From Phoronis australis (taxonomy: Eukaryota > Animalia > Phoronida): a DNA stretch of 64,000 nt. Position 1 is the first letter of the stretch, and every line of letters begins with the position of its first letter. Below are positions 59,107-64,000 of this stretch, in pieces. The stretch is taken from the NCBI GenBank assembly GCA_002633005.1, contig NMRA01000215.1:474852-538851 (forward strand), written 5' to 3'. The translations under genes and the position numbers were made by a program. A model generated the notes under the pieces. It was given only the letters and a program-made list of their open reading frames with translations, searched no databases and had not been told where the DNA came from.

Positions 59107-60669
59107 GATTTCATCGAAGCACTGCTGGCCACCGAAGTACCATATGCTTGGATAGACAGTCCCTAAAACTGGCTGTAATTGTCTACTTCAGGTTGTATTA
59201 ACCAAGAACATGTACATTGTATCGCGTTTTATGAAAATGGAAAAAATGTCTTAGCCTGTATTCATGTTTGCGCCGTCACAAATAAATCTGTAAGACTGAC
59301 GGTGACACCTCAGTGATACTCTGGATGTTTATCCTAAGTGAAAACCTAATTGTGTACATTTTAACACTTTATTGTCTCAAAATTTAAACCATTGTATCAT
59401 AGACATTGTGTCAAACTACAGCAGCAATTGGGTGGATTCAGAATTTTAAATAAAGTACGCACAATGTTAATGTTTATACCAATGTACCCCATGGATCTGC
59501 GCATCATGCATGGAATCGCAGATTTTCCATCAATAACAATAAGAATGACAAGGGTAACAAAAACATGTAACCTCAGAAACAACACACTGAGATGCCATTC
59601 CAAACAGGTTTCAATTTATTTCAAACATCAACATCATATTGCGATACTACAAAAACTCACACAAAACAAAAACAAAACTGCCACTAAGAGGCACCACAGT
59701 AGTTGGCGCCGTCCAAAAATCGTTGGTATATGCCCTCTTCCCATGAGAAGATATCTGTCAATTTACATAATTGTCTTACAAGTGGCTTGGCCGACAGAGA
59801 AGGCGATGCCAAAATCAACTAAAAAAATAACAAGTAAAAACAGCCACTAATAACCAGTAACCATGGCGTGTAAAAACAACGCATTGTTCGTATGTTCTTC
59901 AAAACTTCATGTTGTCAACACAGATATTGCCTGCAACAGGTCAGACAGTTACTAACAAAGCTTTTATGATGAAATGTGCTTCAAGACAAAAATGTCAGCC
60001 TGCTAAGACTATTTTGGCACAGTTTTGCTGTTTTTCCATTAAGCTAACTTGACTGCTTGTGTAGCCATTGATTAAGGTAATATAACAGGCACACTAACAA
60101 GCTAAGTCCATTTCCCGTTGACTTATCCATTCGAACTAGCCACGGCTGAAGAACATGGTTTGCTAATGTCCACTTCAGGGTTCAGCTGGTTTAAGGTTTT
60201 TTAATTTGGCAAGTTAATACTAAAAACTTGGCACAGCGTTCTAGGGAGTAGATGAGACGAACAATTGTTTCTGCTATTTAATTCTCCCCAGCAATTTTGT
60301 TTTATTTGAATTATATTTTCAGCTCAAAACACAGTTGCACAGGCTTCAAAGCTATAATTATATGCGAATTAAGAAAAATGCAAATAGTTATTTTCATCAA
60401 CGAGCATCCACTCCTTTTCAAAGATTTTGGCCAGGGATTCAAACAAATTCTATACTTGAAACCTCAAAAGGATTTCCGATAACAATACAAGTCACAGGAA
60501 ATGCATCCACTCACGATTTTAGGGTTGACCAACCTGTCTCAACTTTAAACTCTGAAGGATTTTCTTGAGACGCTGGCAGCTGGTTTCGATGGTTTTGTTC
60601 CGTCATGGAAGTGGAACTCTATCACAACAAGGAACATTATCAAGCTGATTTTATGAGAGTAAAATGATT

Positions 60670-60908
60670 AATTCGATTTTCTTTTCTTAGTCAGCGAAGC
60701 AGGGCGAAATGCAACTTTAACTGGTAAAGTCACCGGCCTTGATTTCAGCGAATGTCTGGCAGACGATGTAGTGAAATTGTCGATTAGTAAGCGCAGCCGA
60801 TGTTTTGTTTTATCGTTTTGGTCAAAGCTAACAACATTACGAACTCTGCCCCATCCAAAAATAATCTCCAAAATGCGTTTTTCGGTGGTAAAATCGGTAA
60901 ATGTCCCT
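60670..60908 (-). mobile_element. tRNA-cassette MITE family copy with a clean terminus
   Basis: Minus strand starts TTAA|AGGGACATTTACCGATTTT; core CATTCGCTGAAATCAAGGCCGGTGACTTTACC; further partial copies near 56395-56560, 61030-61148 and 62100-62254. Confidence 0.6.
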
Positions 60909-63641
60909 TTAAGATAGTCAGATGTTTCACGCATGGAGTTTTTGGTCCGACAGCTCATGTCCCTTGAGGAAGTTCGAATCCGAGGGTCTTGATGCCAATC
61001 TCAAATACACCCGCCGATCACGTCACTTGGAGAGGCATCATGAGTGATGAGAAAGGTTTGTCTGGGATGAGTCTCAGCGCGGATTCGAACACAACCTGCA
61101 ACCAATGTGATCACATGCTATCGCTCCGCTGTCTGACCTAAATCCCACTCGAATAAATGGCAGAGTGATTTAAGGAGGGTCGAAAGGTTCGCCAAAGTGT
61201 TGTTTTTGACATTGTCTTATTAGAAAACATTTGAATATTAGTTTCTATTTCAAATAACAAATTATTTCATTGGAAAATGATAACATGATTTTTGTATGAG
61301 TTTTTGTCATTATGGTGTTAAATAATAACGAACAACATCAAATCTAGTGATGACGTCATACAGCAGACAAAAATAAGTGTAAACACCAGTATGACTTAAT
61401 GCGAGTTAAGTCATACGGTAAATTTAAATACAAAGATGAAAGTTCTCTTCTCAAATTACCCAAATCAACCTAGGTGCCAATATCTGGCTAACTGGTTCCT
61501 ATCGTCAACTAAACGGATGTCAAAATCCCAACGACACAACAAAATTAGTATTTAGTGAAATGCAACGGACTTCGTGATCAAATTCATTGGCAGGCTTTTG
61601 AAACGGTGCCTGCGCATTCGTACATGTATGTGGCGCTGTTTGAGATAGAATAGCTGACGGAAACTAAGCTATTCTTATTTCATAGAAAACACGACGAAAA
61701 CAAAAATACAACATCACTAAAAAGAAAAATATAAGAATGTAAGTTTCTGTAAAACTCTACAATTTGAGATACTTTGATGAAGTGCAACAAATGTTAAGAA
61801 ATCAGTAAACTGGGAAGCCTATGTAAAGCGGTTTGAACGTCAAACCGATACCTTGTAACGAAATTAATCCGTTTTCAAAAGATCCTAATTTATGGATTAG
61901 AGGTAGATTTTCATGTGGAATTCGCATTTTTGCCGCCAGGGGAGCCTTTGTTTAGGCGGCTGGAACAGAAAAAATAACTTGGTGGTTTCAACTTTGTTTT
62001 GAAGATTTGTAGCAAACAAAGACCAAAATACAAAATATCAACATTAAAAAACAACTACTATGAATTAAAACTGCGTCAAACCCTCTTAAGTATGTACACT
62101 AAAACTCGTTAAGTAACAATCCTTGATTTCTGCAAATGTCTGGCTGAAAAGGGCGAAAATGAGCGATTCGAAATAAAATCACACAAAACAGTCTGATCAC
62201 AGCTAAGAAGTCTATCCCGACCGGCAATGCGTTTTTCAATAATGTCCCTTTCAGTGTTCTTGTGAATAGGCTTAAAGTAACACTTTCATAAAAATCATAT
62301 TTATGTTGAATTGTCCGCCAAAATGTCTTTGGTCGAATGCATTCTTTTAGGGTGAGTCAAGAAGATAAATTATTACATTTTCTAGCTTGTTACACGATTC
62401 ATTCGACTATTTCGAAAGTAGACAGCGGAAAAGCCGACTATGTCCAGCCAAGCGTATACACAGATACATGCCTCATGAAACGAAATCCTTAGGGGGCTCA
62501 CTGAATACACTTACTCCCTTCCTCTGAATTCAAAAACGAGAAGGGATATGAATATTTAGAGGTCTTTGGACACAATATGCTACCCAATAGAATAAACACC
62601 ATTGTTTAAAACAGTTTTGAAAAGAATGACCTTAGCTAGTGATTAACCACTAGGCATCCTTTCTGCCAGTAACTTACTTGTGATAGACAGGTTTCAGAAT
62701 TTTGTACTGATTTTGGTTCCAGGCGGTTTCACTTGCGGACAAAATGACTATTCTCAGTGTAGACCTTGAATGAGTATAGAGAATAAATGAATTCAAATGC
62801 GAAGAAGGCATGATATTGAGTCAGGCTGTATTCTGTAGTGAAACCCGCCACACTTCGAGGAACGGTTCTTTGACGCAAGAAGAATATAATGTGTTTTTAA
62901 GTTTATCAAGTGAAGAGTGTTAGTAACTAAAGATGGAAAACAGAGGATATAGAGCAACTGGTTTGAATTTGGTATTTATATTTCTTTGTAGATTCTCAGT
63001 TCTTAAACTATTCACAGCAATATCAGTTTCGTTTCTTGCTTATGAATTTCGAATCCACCGAGACAGGATAAGAATTGCATTTATTTTAGCCGTTTAGGTG
63101 ATATACACTTATTGAACTTGTATACACTCAACTTCGCCTATATAGCATTGTGTTTTGGTCATAATTTTATAAGGAATAGCACGACGAGCACGCAAAATTT
63201 AACGTTTTAGTTCGGCCTTGAACCATCTTCAAGGTTACTTATGTTGTAACCCTAAACATATGGTCCAAGACTGAGCCGAAACTTTGGACTTTGTGGGTTA
63301 CATTGTATCCAGGAAGATATTTGAGTTCGTCGTGTTATATCTCCATATATTGAGACTGATCGTTATGATGTTCAATGTCGACTCAACAGGAATGTGTATG
63401 TTGTCACGACTGGCCTAAGGCAGAACTAGTGCTCTATCGAGTGATGATAGAACTAAGGACATAAAAAGTCCTAGTTTTCGTCCCTCAATTGATAGTACCT
63501 GGCTTGACGAGCCTGAGGCGCAACCACTAGCGGAAATCTGTCAGTGCTATCCATTTCATTGTTTCCGACTACAGAACGGAAAGGTTACACACATTAATAA
63601 TAATCCGTCTCGACCTCTTCGGAGTTCACCAAGTCATCATC

Positions 63642-63642
<1 letters not shown>

Positions 63643-63713
<71 letters not shown>

Positions 63714-63738
63714 CATAAATAATAATAATAATAATAAT
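63643..63738. repeat. (AAT)n microsatellite
   Basis: Long AAT run with one interruption. Confidence 0.97.
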
Positions 63739-64000
63739 CATATTTAGGTGTGACATTTTGATCAAACGCCGTCACGCTCTGAAGACACAAAATACCGCCG
63801 ACACCTAGACAAATTTAACGAACTCAGATAAAAACGGTACTGAGCATATTATTTTAATTTTCTAATACATGTGCTTTCTGGCGTCAAAATTTGGAACGTT
63901 TCTGCCGGCCCGCTCCGAAGTCCAAGACTCTATCAAGCAAGTAAATTGAGGTTGTGACTTTTAACGTTACTCCATCGAAAAGTAAAGCCGATTTGGACTT

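Noticed and set aside
59392-59850. 152 aa ORF and the other short ORFs between 26 and 64 kb
   Set aside because: No recognisable motifs or splice-consistent exon chain; expected by chance in AT-rich DNA.

Overview
Eukaryotic, AT-rich, intron- and MITE-rich DNA, probably from a marine invertebrate (inference; the draft assembly has N gaps at 31318 and 52241-52281). It holds two host genes arranged tail to tail. The first is an 11-or-more-exon, plus-strand, secretory-pathway alpha-amylase of the fungal/Dictyostelium type (GH13_1), from 1816 to at least 18237. I assembled it by hand from GT-AG exons with consistent phases and it is nearly invisible in the ORF track; its last exon is uncertain. 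The second is a minus-strand 5-HT1-like serotonin GPCR with an uninterrupted CDS (25546-23639), with about 38 kb of non-coding DNA upstream. Amylase intron 3 contains a young 1.7 kb Kolobok-type DNA transposon with a TTAA TSD and about 160 bp TIRs. It is internally deleted: a THAP transposase N-terminus and a KolX/P2X7-ballast-like ORF face each other, are joined at or near a TTAA, and each lies downstream of an ETS-CRE motif inside a TIR. Other introns hold a decayed THAP gene and a DIRS-like relic. The intergenic DNA has hAT-, Tc1/pogo-, Harbinger- and Transib-like MITEs, a multi-copy TTAA-flanked MITE family carrying a tRNA-like cassette, a 26 bp minisatellite and microsatellites. All family assignments come from motif recognition, not database searches.
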